A DNA stretch of 64,000 nt, from the IMG/VR virus record IMGVR_UViG_3300006213_000002, positions 62,001 to 126,000 of that record. One strand, 5' to 3'. Origin of the DNA: an uncultured virus (IMG/VR IMGVR_UViG_3300006213_000002). Lineage: Duplodnaviria > Heunggongvirae > Uroviricota > Caudoviricetes. A program made the position numbers and the translations under genes. Each line of letters opens with the position of its first letter. Position 1 is the stretch's first letter. A model generated the notes under the pieces. The model was not told the origin of the DNA. It ran no database searches and saw nothing but the letters and a program-made list of their open reading frames with translations. Below are positions 21,501-31,727 of this stretch, piece after piece.

Positions 21501-24500
21501 TTCATCAATATTAATATTTTCATTTATTAATGCAACTTCTTTAATTCCTTTAAAAGGAGTACCATCCAATTCAGTTACTCTTAACTTTATTGCAAATTCT
21601 CCTACATCTACATAGATATTTTGACCTACTGCATAACCTGCTCCTGGATCTTTTACATCTAATCTATCAAGTCTATATATAAAACTATGGGAATTCGTTA
21701 TATCAAGTTTTGATTTTTGTAATTCCATTAATTGATTTGCATTAATATAAATAGCATCAATACCTCTTGGTTGCATATGATTCTCAGCCAATTCATCTAT
21801 AGTAAAATGTCTGTGAATATAATTTGTTATCTGGTTACCTCCAAGAAATACATCATATTTGATATTCAAATCATGTATATTTTCAAATTTATACATAAAT
21901 AAATCATTTTCATTGAATTGAGGTAATGTTAATATATCTGCTTTTAATGGATTAAAATAAGTCATATCGCCTATACCTATTTCATATGAATATGCATCTA
22001 TTTTTAAACCATTACCAATTCCTACTCTGGTTATAGTTTCTCTAATACCCCAAATTAAATATGGTATAGCATAATTCATCATTGGTTCTACTTCTACTAC
22101 TTCACCATATTCAACTTTCATTACTTGTAATAATATTACATCATTCAATATTATGTCTTCCATATCATGGATTTCATTACCATTTTTATCAGTTGGAAGT
22201 TGAGGTATAATTTCTACTATATCACCTACTCTATATCCTATTCCTGATTCAGCTATACCTGCCTTATGGAACATATACCATTTATCTTTTTGCAATTCTG
22301 GTTTATTTTTGATATTCTTTTCAAGTCTTTCTATAGTAGGATCAATCATAGTTGATATTGTACTAGGAATTGATATTATTTCTGATTTTATAAATGATAT
22401 AAATTTAATAATATTATTAAATTCATCTATAAAATTTTCTATATCAGGATTTATTTCAAAAATATCTAATACATTTTCTTTATAAAATACAATACCTAAA
22501 TTAACTTCAGTTAATATATCAGATAATTTTTTACCGTTTTCCCATGTAGTACCATTACCATAGAATTCAGATAATTTATTTCTGATAAGTTTAAATTTAT
22601 CACTGTAATAAATAAAATCTTTATTTACTAAATCATTATTATTTGCATATTTATAAATGTCTTTAATAAATTCATTTATTTGTGATAATAACTCTCCTAT
22701 AGTAATATGATTTCTTCTTTCCATAAATCGATTACATGATTCTATTAATCCAGATAATGGTTGTATCAATTGATCAACATATTGTTTACTATTATTTGAT
22801 ATATGAGTACCAAAATCATCTAATATATTAGACCATTTAGTTTCTATATCCGATAATGTTTTTAAATCATGCTCGAATGTATTGTTATTATATGAATTAT
22901 ATGATTTCAAATTCTTTCTGATTAAATATAATCCATTCTTTATAGACATAATAATTTGATCAACTATCTCATCATTGATAATTACAGTATGTTTAGAAGA
23001 AATTGCCTTAATCATAATTCCCATTCCATCACCAGAAGTTATACTATCATAGATATATTGTTGCCAGCATGGATCTCTAAAAGATGTTGTTCTATAATTA
23101 ACTTCTGATATAGATGATGCAATACAAATATTATTCTCTATAGAATCAATTTGATACGTACCAAGATTTTTTATAAATACATAATCACCTTCTTGATGTT
23201 TAAATCCGCCTGATACCATTTCTATTTTATCTATTTCATATATATCTGAATATGTTGGACACTGTATATCAGGTTTATATTCTATATTAACACTATCCAT
23301 ATATTCCATTAATACAGTTAAAGTTTTATTAATTTCTTCTATATTAATTAAATATTTATTTTCAGGATTAGTAAAATCTATAATAGATAGAAATACTGAT
23401 TCTTCTGTATTTATAAATTCCATCCATTTACTTATATTATTCTGAATATCATCATATGCATTATTAGCATCTTTAGCATTATTTATGCCTGCTATATATG
23501 ATAATGCATAAATTATCTTAGACAAATCAGCAAGTATAGTAGATAAATATGATTTTTCAGTATCACTGATATTATATTTTTCTAATTCAGATAATAATGT
23601 TTCTATAGTATTAATGCATTCTAATAACTCTTCTCTATATCCTTTATATCTTTCTATTATGACAATAAAATCATTATAAAGCATATATGAGATTTGATCT
23701 AATCTGTCTATAACAGTTTTATCTACTTCATAATCAAATTTTTCGTAGAAATTATTGATTGAATCTTTAAATTCAATAGTATCTGTCATTACATTATCTA
23801 GTGAAGTTAAGAATTCATCTATCTCTTCATATGTATATGATTTTTCTGAATCAAAATTACCATATAATATTGCAGTAGATTGAAATAATTTATTACGTTT
23901 TTCTTTTACATCTACTGACCATGGATCATTAAATTGATTAATATGACCTAATAAAGATTTATCATTAAGATTTACTTTATTATAGACAAAATATGTCTCT
24001 AAATCATTAGTAACTTTCATAAATTTTTCCATATCAAATGTTTGAATAATATCTGACATATGATCTATATGGAGTTTTAATTCTATTATAGAAGTTACTA
24101 TATTTTCAATATCCATTCTCTTTTGAATATATACTTTCTTTTCAATAGTATCATTATAAATATTCATTTGCATACCATTGATTGCATCTGTAAGAGTTTT
24201 ATGTAAAGACAATAATCTTATTATGATATTAATATCATCTATAGAATAAATATCAAGATCCAGATTAGCAGTATTATCTATTACTTCTTTCATATTATTT
24301 TCCATAATAGAAACATATTCTTTCAAATCTGTTATATTAGATATATTAAGATTATAAGATTCCCTATCTAACATCTCTAATATCCATTTTATAATTAAAT
24401 TTATTTCCCTTAATTCATTTTTGATATCAATTTGTGTTTGTTGTAATATAGGTAAAAATCTTTTAATATCAAAAGTAGATCTTGGTCTTTTTATCCATCT

Positions 24501-26765
24501 ATCAGAATAATCATAATCATCCATTATTTTTACTATATAATCAAAATAAGATGGTATCCATGTTTTATTAAGATACATTTCATAATTAGTAATTCTTTTA
24601 TATCCTAAAAATTTTTCATTGATACTTTCTTCTAATTTAGATATAGCATCATCAAAAGGAAATTCATAATGTTCACTTTTTAAATATGTAGCTATACCTA
24701 ATTTGAAATATGGATCCATTGTTTCTAAAAATAATTTGTTAAATCTTTCATATGAAGGATTATCAATTATATACTCTATAATTTGCCATCTAGTATTCGT
24801 TGTTAATAATCCTTTATATATAGATTTTATTCCCATCCAATAGAATTTTTCCATAAAAATATCTCTATAAACTGATACTTGATCAAAATGATATTCTTCT
24901 ATATCGTTATCCCATATAGGAGATGATTCTATAATATCTCTATATTGATCTAATACATTCATAGTATCATTATAAAAGAAAAATGATTTAAAAATTCTAT
25001 TCAGAGTAGGTTCTTTTTCTTTTCCATCTCTGAGTAAATATACATCAGGAAAATGATTTTCTACTATCAAAGGTGATGGTCTCCATACTTTATCATCAGG
25101 GAAATATTCAAATGTCCAAAAATCGCTATTTTCTATAGGTCTTTGAAATCTAACTTTATCTTTATAAAAATCTTTTTCTTCCCATAATACTTTTTTACTC
25201 ATAGAATGAATAATATTTACCATATAATAGCTATCAGCTAGTTCTCTAGGTATAAATATACATGGTGATATCATGAACCAAAAATCAGATTTACCATCTA
25301 CTATATTATCAGTAGGAAATCTATCTAATAAATCACTTGAGCTTCCTTCATTTCTTAATTGATCCATAGCTATTATAAATCTTTTATAGAATTTTTCATA
25401 TTCTTGATCATATTCTATCAATAATACATCTAATAAATCATGATCAGCTTGATGTATTTTTTCCATTATATCTAATAATTTATCAATATAATCATTAAAT
25501 CTATTATCTGCTATATTATCCTCTAATAAATAGAATCTAAATTCTTCTATTATATCAGCACCTTTAATAGTTAAATCTCTAAGATTATTTATATAATCTA
25601 CTAAGGATTCATATGGTTCTTCAAATTCTACAAAAGCATCTGATAATACTATGGGTCTAATAATTTTAGTCCATCCATCAAACTTTTCTTTCATGTGACC
25701 ATTAATATCAACATAAACTTGTTTATTAGTATCATTCTTATTAATTTTTGCATGTTGTACTATATAATTTTTCATTGTTGATACTGGTTGAAAATTAGGT
25801 TGATATGGTCTATATATAACATCTGTAGGTAATAATACTGGATATTCATGAAAGTATTTAGGTACCATTATAGACATCCATAAATATTCTTTCGCTTCTG
25901 AATTAATAATTTTTTTATTAAAATCACTAATAGAATTTAAATTAATATATCCATCCTTTATATTTAAAAATTCTAAATTATCGCCTAATGCATCTATATA
26001 TTCTGCATTATCATTTCTTTCATTAATATCAGCAATTCTATTAATAGCTACCATAATTTTATCAACATTAGTAATTCTACTATCATTAATATAATTTATA
26101 GGTAACAACCAATTCCATTGATTATTACATAATTCTCTACTAATTTTTATTCTACATGAAAAATTAGTATCGAATTTATAGATATAAACAGGATAATTAT
26201 TTTTTACCCAATGATCGTAATAATCAAATCTTATAGTAACTTCATGATCATCTATTCGTAATAAATATTCTGAATATATTCTTTTATTAATAAATAATAA
26301 ACATGCAAATTTGAATATATCCCAATTATTTAGTATATCCTGAATATCTATCCATTTTCTATAAAACTGTGATAATTTAAATTTATCACGTTGAGATGGT
26401 GGTATAAATTGATCTATAGGAATCACAAAATCACATATATTTACATTTTCTAATAGATTTAAATCTTTCATTCTACCATTCCATTGATAAAAATTACAAC
26501 TATCATGATTACTTGCTTTTAGTTTATGACTATTATTCAAATAAATATCTTTTAAAGTATTTCTTAATGCTTCTTCATTAAAAGAATTATTCAATACAGC
26601 TTCATTTCTAAATATAGATGATCTACTACCATCTTTATCAGGTATATGATATCCTTGTTCTATAATATCATTTGTATTGAATAATTGAGTAGCAGTAGAA
26701 GTATATTTATCAAATGCTTCACTATACCATTTTGGATCAAATGGACTCCATCTGTCTCTATCCAT
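18549..26765 (-). CDS. very large putative virion structural protein (2738 aa)
   Basis: Long ORF, helical middle region, three related segments (SGGFKHQEGD, SGIGYRVGD, PGAGYAVGQ) of a kind common in tail/baseplate proteins; function inferred. Confidence 0.6.
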   Translation of the reverse strand: MDRDRWSPFDPKWYSEAFDKYTSTATQLFNTNDIIEQGYHIPDKDGSRSSIFRNEAVLNNSFNEEALRNTLKDIYLNNSHKLKASNHDSCNFYQWNGRMKDLNLLENVNICDFVIPIDQFIPPSQRDKFKLSQFYRKWIDIQDILNNWDIFKFACLLFINKRIYSEYLLRIDDHEVTIRFDYYDHWVKNNYPVYIYKFDTNFSCRIKISRELCNNQWNWLLPINYINDSRITNVDKIMVAINRIADINERNDNAEYIDALGDNLEFLNIKDGYINLNSISDFNKKIINSEAKEYLWMSIMVPKYFHEYPVLLPTDVIYRPYQPNFQPVSTMKNYIVQHAKINKNDTNKQVYVDINGHMKEKFDGWTKIIRPIVLSDAFVEFEEPYESLVDYINNLRDLTIKGADIIEEFRFYLLEDNIADNRFNDYIDKLLDIMEKIHQADHDLLDVLLIEYDQEYEKFYKRFIIAMDQLRNEGSSSDLLDRFPTDNIVDGKSDFWFMISPCIFIPRELADSYYMVNIIHSMSKKVLWEEKDFYKDKVRFQRPIENSDFWTFEYFPDDKVWRPSPLIVENHFPDVYLLRDGKEKEPTLNRIFKSFFFYNDTMNVLDQYRDIIESSPIWDNDIEEYHFDQVSVYRDIFMEKFYWMGIKSIYKGLLTTNTRWQIIEYIIDNPSYERFNKLFLETMDPYFKLGIATYLKSEHYEFPFDDAISKLEESINEKFLGYKRITNYEMYLNKTWIPSYFDYIVKIMDDYDYSDRWIKRPRSTFDIKRFLPILQQTQIDIKNELREINLIIKWILEMLDRESYNLNISNITDLKEYVSIMENNMKEVIDNTANLDLDIYSIDDINIIIRLLSLHKTLTDAINGMQMNIYNDTIEKKVYIQKRMDIENIVTSIIELKLHIDHMSDIIQTFDMEKFMKVTNDLETYFVYNKVNLNDKSLLGHINQFNDPWSVDVKEKRNKLFQSTAILYGNFDSEKSYTYEEIDEFLTSLDNVMTDTIEFKDSINNFYEKFDYEVDKTVIDRLDQISYMLYNDFIVIIERYKGYREELLECINTIETLLSELEKYNISDTEKSYLSTILADLSKIIYALSYIAGINNAKDANNAYDDIQNNISKWMEFINTEESVFLSIIDFTNPENKYLINIEEINKTLTVLMEYMDSVNIEYKPDIQCPTYSDIYEIDKIEMVSGGFKHQEGDYVFIKNLGTYQIDSIENNICIASSISEVNYRTTSFRDPCWQQYIYDSITSGDGMGIMIKAISSKHTVIINDEIVDQIIMSIKNGLYLIRKNLKSYNSYNNNTFEHDLKTLSDIETKWSNILDDFGTHISNNSKQYVDQLIQPLSGLIESCNRFMERRNHITIGELLSQINEFIKDIYKYANNNDLVNKDFIYYSDKFKLIRNKLSEFYGNGTTWENGKKLSDILTEVNLGIVFYKENVLDIFEINPDIENFIDEFNNIIKFISFIKSEIISIPSTISTMIDPTIERLEKNIKNKPELQKDKWYMFHKAGIAESGIGYRVGDIVEIIPQLPTDKNGNEIHDMEDIILNDVILLQVMKVEYGEVVEVEPMMNYAIPYLIWGIRETITRVGIGNGLKIDAYSYEIGIGDMTYFNPLKADILTLPQFNENDLFMYKFENIHDLNIKYDVFLGGNQITNYIHRHFTIDELAENHMQPRGIDAIYINANQLMELQKSKLDITNSHSFIYRLDRLDVKDPGAGYAVGQNIYVDVGEFAIKLRVTELDGTPFKGIKEVALINENINIDESTDCNEAKVINDTLNNIDDEFHNCKYDLLPQEGITKPATSSFANITITTKRYTDTESGDRNEKFLYPDVSIPGPTDKTTYGDSDEGWYQGSRIDNSVSNTKDERVWNGIQNVIPPSDNIISDEKRLPPNQPLKGEYQSIVRQRIHNSEGETNNLTNKKYHNGSILNSAMTKGDITVATYNDIPKHINDYPGIKVGKVVIVLTDETNNSHRTLYTVRTFSPNGYIVYDLPEICDMSWNHFLVDWMNIDCYQDYPTMKAQYPSADWRAENTYMNIENSILEGRVIGTSMPKIMNNTSYIKDITVNDISVFNWTKHEWEDLHSEKWELIVTEDIDNKIFNFKLFYYEEGIYSYDMELFLNKTPETLKKNAVLKKDAIFSIKTTIVGEVNKQAIDTLVHTGRHLRIRKLFPYEQTESYTIGFDRNGEFLGYEMDFKIANYMHFKNELHLEDIKVYNRTAGRYEDILDRSLFEVRFKDDKSETQGWETNTRILQSLIGKSGANFHDGPVWCYNSEYDVTVFGIVTADYKKDGHIITFKPIHFINAPEENIALEFNVFQKDFQTEVQMAIIVIEFITEKVEVFGDGYIHNVINPLAPLPKEFKIISQLDLNRPFEYDIILDKTPKRYTFIEPKWLMNPTFHIKNENVPQDRVYILTEKGRFPLINPSTNKPTLHVVNTQNGTDVTFMNLYRRYEHMNICVTPYPMRSVYVKRRIPSHGFINLKGKLNKPLNKKYFEFWVNGKLLHDEVTIITPTKLILHGLKSLKNFEIIEINRDSNEYFSDNFYEVETSTYGRPYYGWDYDTYLDAALECRLGKDNYTEEEQEYLLSPIWKQVSEDHPEFKNYPPNVDIEDDVLLRTNPEDYPINDLENPSYQFLVINQPTLEGKAIVEQTLTFRHFGYIPITNQMLIDIMNEVWGDEINDNPYFPEHTVLTNDDWYGLSTRLYDEYGVLVHILNNAAYHVTGRSMLKINTKNKISRIIPNPVIYDLT

Positions 26766-26859
26766 ATTATTATATCCTCCTTATTATATTACTCTATGAT
26801 AACGTTATAATTGCGTTTAACAACTAATATCTTTAATATTTATTATAGGAGGATAAAAA

Positions 26860-28023
26860 ATGAGTGAAGTTAGTTTAGCAATGGAAATGAATAAACTTAA
26901 TAGTAGAATAGAAGAATTATTATCTAGAATAGATGAATTGGATAAAAAGGTAACTTCTATAGAATTGAATGAACAAAGATATCTTAAAAAGAATAATCCT
27001 ATATCACCAGCTATGGGTATTAAAGTTGCTTATGATGAAAATGGTTTAATTAAAACATCTATGGGATTATTATCATCTGATCTACCAGAGATTACTATAC
27101 CATCTATTACAGGATTACAAGAAGTGTTGAATAATAAAGCTGATATTAATGATATACCTAATATAGATCATATTAAAATTCGTAGTAATAAAATTTATGC
27201 TACTGGTACTAAAATTAATTATGATGAGAATGGTTATATCATATCATCATCTGAATTATCTACAGATGATATTCCAATTTTACCCATATCAAAAATAGAA
27301 GGATTATCTGATGCTATAGAATTAGCTATGAGTATTAGTAGTAGTTATAATGCAAAACCTTTAGTAGAAGATTTACCTCAGGAATCATTTCCTGCAGGAA
27401 TATATACTAAAGTTAATATAGATAGTATGGGTAGAATAATTGCTGCATCTAATATTACTATAGAAGATATTCCTGATGAATTAGTATCTAAAGTTAATGT
27501 TATAGAAAGTATGATACCTAATTTAGCTAGTCAAACATCTATAGATGGATTATCAGCATCATTAAATAATAAATTAGATAAAAATTTACCTGTAGAACCT
27601 GGTACATATACTAAAGTTACTATAGATAAACAAGGATTAGTTTTATTAGGGAAGAATTTAACTAAAGAAGATTTACCTGATATCGGTATAGATGATATAG
27701 ATGGATTAAGATTAGAATTAAATAATAAATCTACTATAGAACAATTTCATGATTTAAATGAATCTATGCAAATATTAATGAGATCTATCAATGATATAGG
27801 TGATTTAATTAAACTTAAAAATGAATTACCTAAATTAGTTAGCGATGAAAAATTTAGATTATTGCAAGATGAAGTATCATTATTACATTCTACATTTGAT
27901 GAATTAAATGAAAAAATACCTAATGATACGATATTAGAGCAGTTAAAAGTAATAACTACTAATTTATCTAATTTTAATCAAAGATTATCAGTAATGGAAA
28001 ATAAAATGGGAGTGACCGTATAG
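26860..28023 (+). CDS. putative fibre/structural protein with four repeats
   Basis: Repeat K(V/I)x(Y/I)DxxGxI....L...D(L/I)P four times between coiled-coil ends. Confidence 0.6.
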   Translation: MSEVSLAMEMNKLNSRIEELLSRIDELDKKVTSIELNEQRYLKKNNPISPAMGIKVAYDENGLIKTSMGLLSSDLPEITIPSITGLQEVLNNKADINDIPNIDHIKIRSNKIYATGTKINYDENGYIISSSELSTDDIPILPISKIEGLSDAIELAMSISSSYNAKPLVEDLPQESFPAGIYTKVNIDSMGRIIAASNITIEDIPDELVSKVNVIESMIPNLASQTSIDGLSASLNNKLDKNLPVEPGTYTKVTIDKQGLVLLGKNLTKEDLPDIGIDDIDGLRLELNNKSTIEQFHDLNESMQILMRSINDIGDLIKLKNELPKLVSDEKFRLLQDEVSLLHSTFDELNEKIPNDTILEQLKVITTNLSNFNQRLSVMENKMGVTV

Positions 28024-28123
28024 GTCACTCTTTTTTACTTTTTAATACAAAAAATAATTACTATAATAAATCTTATAATAATTTTTATTATTTTTTCTTA
28101 TTAAGAAATACTCCCGAGAATTA

Positions 28124-28310
28124 TTTTACGCAAATATTAGTAGATATATCAATATCTACTAATAGTAGTATGACGTAAATATCTTTAGGATTTTACGTCA
28201 AACTAACGTTTTACGTAAAATATATCATTTAAAATTTGACCTTTTGAAATGGCTAAAAAATTTGTGCGTTAAAACGGCAGGTTCATATAAAAAGTATTTT
28301 TTATATGAAT
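28124..28310. repeat. intergenic palindrome cluster
   Basis: IRs 28136-28147/28152-28163, 28171-28179/28192-28200, palindrome TTTTACGTAAAA 28209-28220, IR within 28282-28309. Confidence 0.8.
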
Positions 28311-28380
28311 TTTATTTATATATTATAATTATATAGATACATATGTTATGTATGAATAAAAAGAAAGAGAGGTTGTAAAA

Positions 28381-29091
28381 ATGAGTAAATTTGAATTACA
28401 AGATAGAGTATTAATTAATACTTATCCTGAAAAAAGAAGAGGAACTATTGTAAAATATATTGAAGAAAATAATTTGTATCTTGTAGATATTGATAGTAAA
28501 TTATGTGGTAATTCAATGTATAATATTAATTTATTTAAAGAGGATGAATTGGAAAAATTAAATATTATGGATGAATATGTAGATAATAAATCAAAAGATT
28601 TATCTATATTTGAGGAACATGATGATTATCTTACAGAAATGGCAACTATTATATTTACCAATAAATATAATATTGCATTTAATAATGAGACTGATAGAGC
28701 TGGAATTGCATATTTTAAAGTATATGATAGCGGTAAAATCAGTACTGCAAAAAGAGTTGCTAGATTACATTTTAAAGATAGTGGAATGGAATATCATAAA
28801 CATGATAGACTTAAAAAAGAGATATGGAAATTAACATTAAATGAGGCTAAAGAAATTATAGAAATATTAAAAATGCCTCATAAAGAACATGATTCATTAT
28901 CAAATTGGGTTATTCTATGTTATAGATGGAATTCAGATAATGGATTAATTCCATATAATGCTACATTAAACTACTATTTAAATGGTAAATTTGATCATCA
29001 AAAGTTCTTAGATGAAAGATTTGAGAAAATGTTTATTCCATCAGATACTCCAATTCCAGATCCATGGATATATAATAATCTAAAGAAATAA
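28381..29091 (+). CDS. hypothetical protein, N-terminal SH3/KOW-like barrel
   Basis: FELQDRVLI...GTIV......YLV pattern; GAGG RBS. Confidence 0.7.
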   Translation: MSKFELQDRVLINTYPEKRRGTIVKYIEENNLYLVDIDSKLCGNSMYNINLFKEDELEKLNIMDEYVDNKSKDLSIFEEHDDYLTEMATIIFTNKYNIAFNNETDRAGIAYFKVYDSGKISTAKRVARLHFKDSGMEYHKHDRLKKEIWKLTLNEAKEIIEILKMPHKEHDSLSNWVILCYRWNSDNGLIPYNATLNYYLNGKFDHQKFLDERFEKMFIPSDTPIPDPWIYNNLKK

Positions 29092-29107
29092 TAAAGGGGG
29101 ATAATAA

Positions 29108-29269
29108 ATGTTTAATATAGGAGAAAAAGTAAATATTAAAAAAGAAGATGATAGTATAATCAACGGAATTATTATAGATTACTATCCATTAAGTAAAAGA
29201 TATTTAGTAAAGTTTGATAATGATCTATATCGTATGATATTAGAGGATTTTATAACAAGAAATGAATAA
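29108..29269 (+). CDS. 53-aa SH3/KOW-like protein (not in ORF track)
   Basis: MFNIGEKVNIKKEDDSIINGIIIDYYPLSKRYLVKFDND..., resembles the N-terminus of the upstream ORF; AAGGGGG RBS. Confidence 0.7.
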   Translation: MFNIGEKVNIKKEDDSIINGIIIDYYPLSKRYLVKFDNDLYRMILEDFITRNE

Positions 29270-29300
29270 AAAATAAAGGGTGATTCAAATCACCCTTTAT
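29269..29300. terminator. intrinsic terminator
   Basis: ATAAAGGGTGAT / ATCACCCTTTAT. Confidence 0.8.
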
Positions 29301-29304
29301 AATT

Positions 29305-29555
29305 ATTTTTTTACAGATATTAGTAACCTCTGTAGGTCCACCGTAGTTTTCGACGTCGGTCCGGTCTTCAATAGCTAATCGGGCACCGTGCAATAAGTGT
29401 TCCATAAAGTTACGCAAACTCTATGCGAAAGTCAGTTGTCCTCCTTAACGATAAATATTATATCTTAATAGATAAATTACCTCGACTCCTATATTCATTT
29501 ATCCAATATAATATCCACGACCATATGGGCTCACCATTATGGATTTAATTATTTA
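29305..29555 (-). ncRNA. candidate structured non-coding RNA
   Basis: GC-enriched island without a convincing ORF, several hairpins, bounded by a promoter motif (29566-29577, minus) and a terminator. Confidence 0.4.
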
Positions 29556-29585
29556 TATACATTTTTAGAATATATAATTTAATTA

Positions 29586-30194
29586 TTATGATATACGATT
29601 TAAAAGGATATCACCCAATAATGTTTTTACTTCTATTCCTTCATCCCCAATTAAATTAAACCACATCACATCTGATATATCACTAATATGTTGATCTGTA
29701 TTAAATTCAAGATATTCTCCTTGGTTATCTACTTTATGTGATCTGATAGTTACTTTAGTCCTATTAAAGAAGCTAAATGATACAATCTTTTTTAGATTAA
29801 CCATATCATTAGTTGCTTTATATAAAATACATCTTAATCTATCATCTGATACTTCTATAACCCATTTAGGAAATCCTTCTGTATTATTACAGAATAACAA
29901 TTTGAAACCTTCCATATTAACATCGCATTGATCAATATATAGAAATAAATCTGCAAATGTAATATTTTTTGTTCCTGTAATATTCATATAAATATCTTTT
30001 ACATTATTAATATCCTGATTAGAATAGTTCATTAATCCATCAATAATATAATCCAAATTAAATTCTTTATTGTATGAATTAATTTTAACTCCAGTAGTAG
30101 GAGTAACTAAACATACATTAATATTTCTCTGCCTAGCTAATTCCATAACTTCATTCATAAACTTTACTTCATTTTCATTCATTTCGATTTTCAT
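29586..30194 (-). CDS. hypothetical protein
   Basis: 202-aa ORF with AAGGAG RBS. Confidence 0.7.
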   Translation of the reverse strand: MKIEMNENEVKFMNEVMELARQRNINVCLVTPTTGVKINSYNKEFNLDYIIDGLMNYSNQDINNVKDIYMNITGTKNITFADLFLYIDQCDVNMEGFKLLFCNNTEGFPKWVIEVSDDRLRCILYKATNDMVNLKKIVSFSFFNRTKVTIRSHKVDNQGEYLEFNTDQHISDISDVMWFNLIGDEGIEVKTLLGDILLNRIS

Positions 30195-30225
30195 ATTTTT
30201 TTATCTCCTTTTTATTTATATTTTA

Positions 30226-30630
30226 TTAATTTAATAAATCAATTAATAAATTCTGAATTGTAGATGCATAAATACCAAAATATTTTATATATTTATCATC
30301 TAATATGCTACGATTTAATTCTGATACTATACCTGGAATTATTTTATTATCTTCTTTATATAATAGCAACAAACCAACATGCTCATCATCTATACCATAT
30401 TTGAAACTTTTCCATCTGAATTGTATTATGGGATATCTGTGATTATCCCACTCTTCTTGTATACATAATGTAACATGTTTCTTTGGTCGTTTCATACTTA
30501 ATAACCAAATTGGATATTGATCTTTTGGTGTTAATATTAAATTTTGATTTTTATCTTTTTCGCAATTGATACAAAATTCTTTTAAATCTTTAAATGTTTT
30601 ATTTGTTATTACATTATTCATTTTAATCAC
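30226..30630 (-). CDS. hypothetical protein
   Basis: 134-aa ORF coupled to the upstream gene. Confidence 0.65.
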   Translation of the reverse strand: MIKMNNVITNKTFKDLKEFCINCEKDKNQNLILTPKDQYPIWLLSMKRPKKHVTLCIQEEWDNHRYPIIQFRWKSFKYGIDDEHVGLLLLYKEDNKIIPGIVSELNRSILDDKYIKYFGIYASTIQNLLIDLLN

Positions 30631-31721
30631 CCTATTAACCCTGGTAAGTTTATTGGAAATTCTAAAAATCTTCTATTATTTAAAGATTCCAACGATTGTC
30701 TATCTTCTTTATCAACTATTTGCATTTTAATGTTATCTATATCTAATTCAGATAATATTGAATATTGTGTATCTATAGAAGTACATTTGAATGCATTCTT
30801 GATATCTTCTCTGTATGTTTCAGGAAACAATTGTATTATAGAATCTAATGACTCAAAATCTTTTAATATTACATTATTTTCTATACCTTGTTTCAATATT
30901 TTCATAAATTTTCCATAACCAAATCCCTTAGCAGATTTAATATTTCGAATTTTACTTCCTTTTATAGATAATAATAATCTATAATACATTTCTGAATTAA
31001 ATATTGATAAATCAAATGGTGATTCATCTTTAACTATGCTTTGTACAGTACAATCTATAGATGATGTTACTTCAAAATTACCATATTTTCTTTTAATATA
31101 AATTACTAAGAAATTTGGATTTAACATATATAATGTATCAAATATATCTCCTGTAATAATAACATTTTTACTATTAGAAAATGTTGATACTATATATGGT
31201 ATAATACTACTATCAAAAGTTTTAGATTTTAATAAATAACAATTATTGACATAAGTCAATATTAATTCTAATTCTGGGATTATAATTTCATTCATTAAAT
31301 TACCCATACTTTTGAATTGTGGATTAGTCATATATCTATTATGATAAAAATTTCTATAATATTTATTATAAATTTCCATCTGTTGTTTATTTTCACTTAA
31401 ATCTGTAAAGTAAAAATATAATTTCACATTACATTTTTCTTTTTGAAAATACATTCTGTAATTAGCCATTAAATTTAATATAGCCGATTCTAATTCTAAT
31501 ACAACTTGTTGTTTCTTAAATTGAATTAATGTATTTAATCCTTTTTGCATATTGAGATTTCTTAATATACATTCTAGATTAATAAACACATTTACATCAT
31601 CACCAGGCAATATTTTATATAGATGATTATGAATATGCTGGTCTAACAGATGCCATTTCAACATAAATGATCCTGCACTAATACCAATATTCACTTTATA
31701 ATTTCCTTCCATTAATATCAT
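30627..31721 (-). CDS. divergent FEN/5'-3' exonuclease-fold protein
   Basis: IITGDIFD and H3TH-like GSKIRNIKSAKGFGYGKFMKIL; directly downstream of primase. Confidence 0.5.
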   Translation of the reverse strand: MILMEGNYKVNIGISAGSFMLKWHLLDQHIHNHLYKILPGDDVNVFINLECILRNLNMQKGLNTLIQFKKQQVVLELESAILNLMANYRMYFQKEKCNVKLYFYFTDLSENKQQMEIYNKYYRNFYHNRYMTNPQFKSMGNLMNEIIIPELELILTYVNNCYLLKSKTFDSSIIPYIVSTFSNSKNVIITGDIFDTLYMLNPNFLVIYIKRKYGNFEVTSSIDCTVQSIVKDESPFDLSIFNSEMYYRLLLSIKGSKIRNIKSAKGFGYGKFMKILKQGIENNVILKDFESLDSIIQLFPETYREDIKNAFKCTSIDTQYSILSELDIDNIKMQIVDKEDRQSLESLNNRRFLEFPINLPGLIG

Positions 31722-31727
31722 TCCTTT

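Noticed and set aside
28100..28320. CRISPR-like array
   Set aside because: Repeats are inverted and irregular, with no constant repeat-spacer period and no cas genes
29478..29510. TCGACTCC resembling a tRNA/tmRNA T-loop
   Set aside because: No GGTTC T-stem, acceptor stem or tag frame could be built; no tRNA was recognised anywhere in the window
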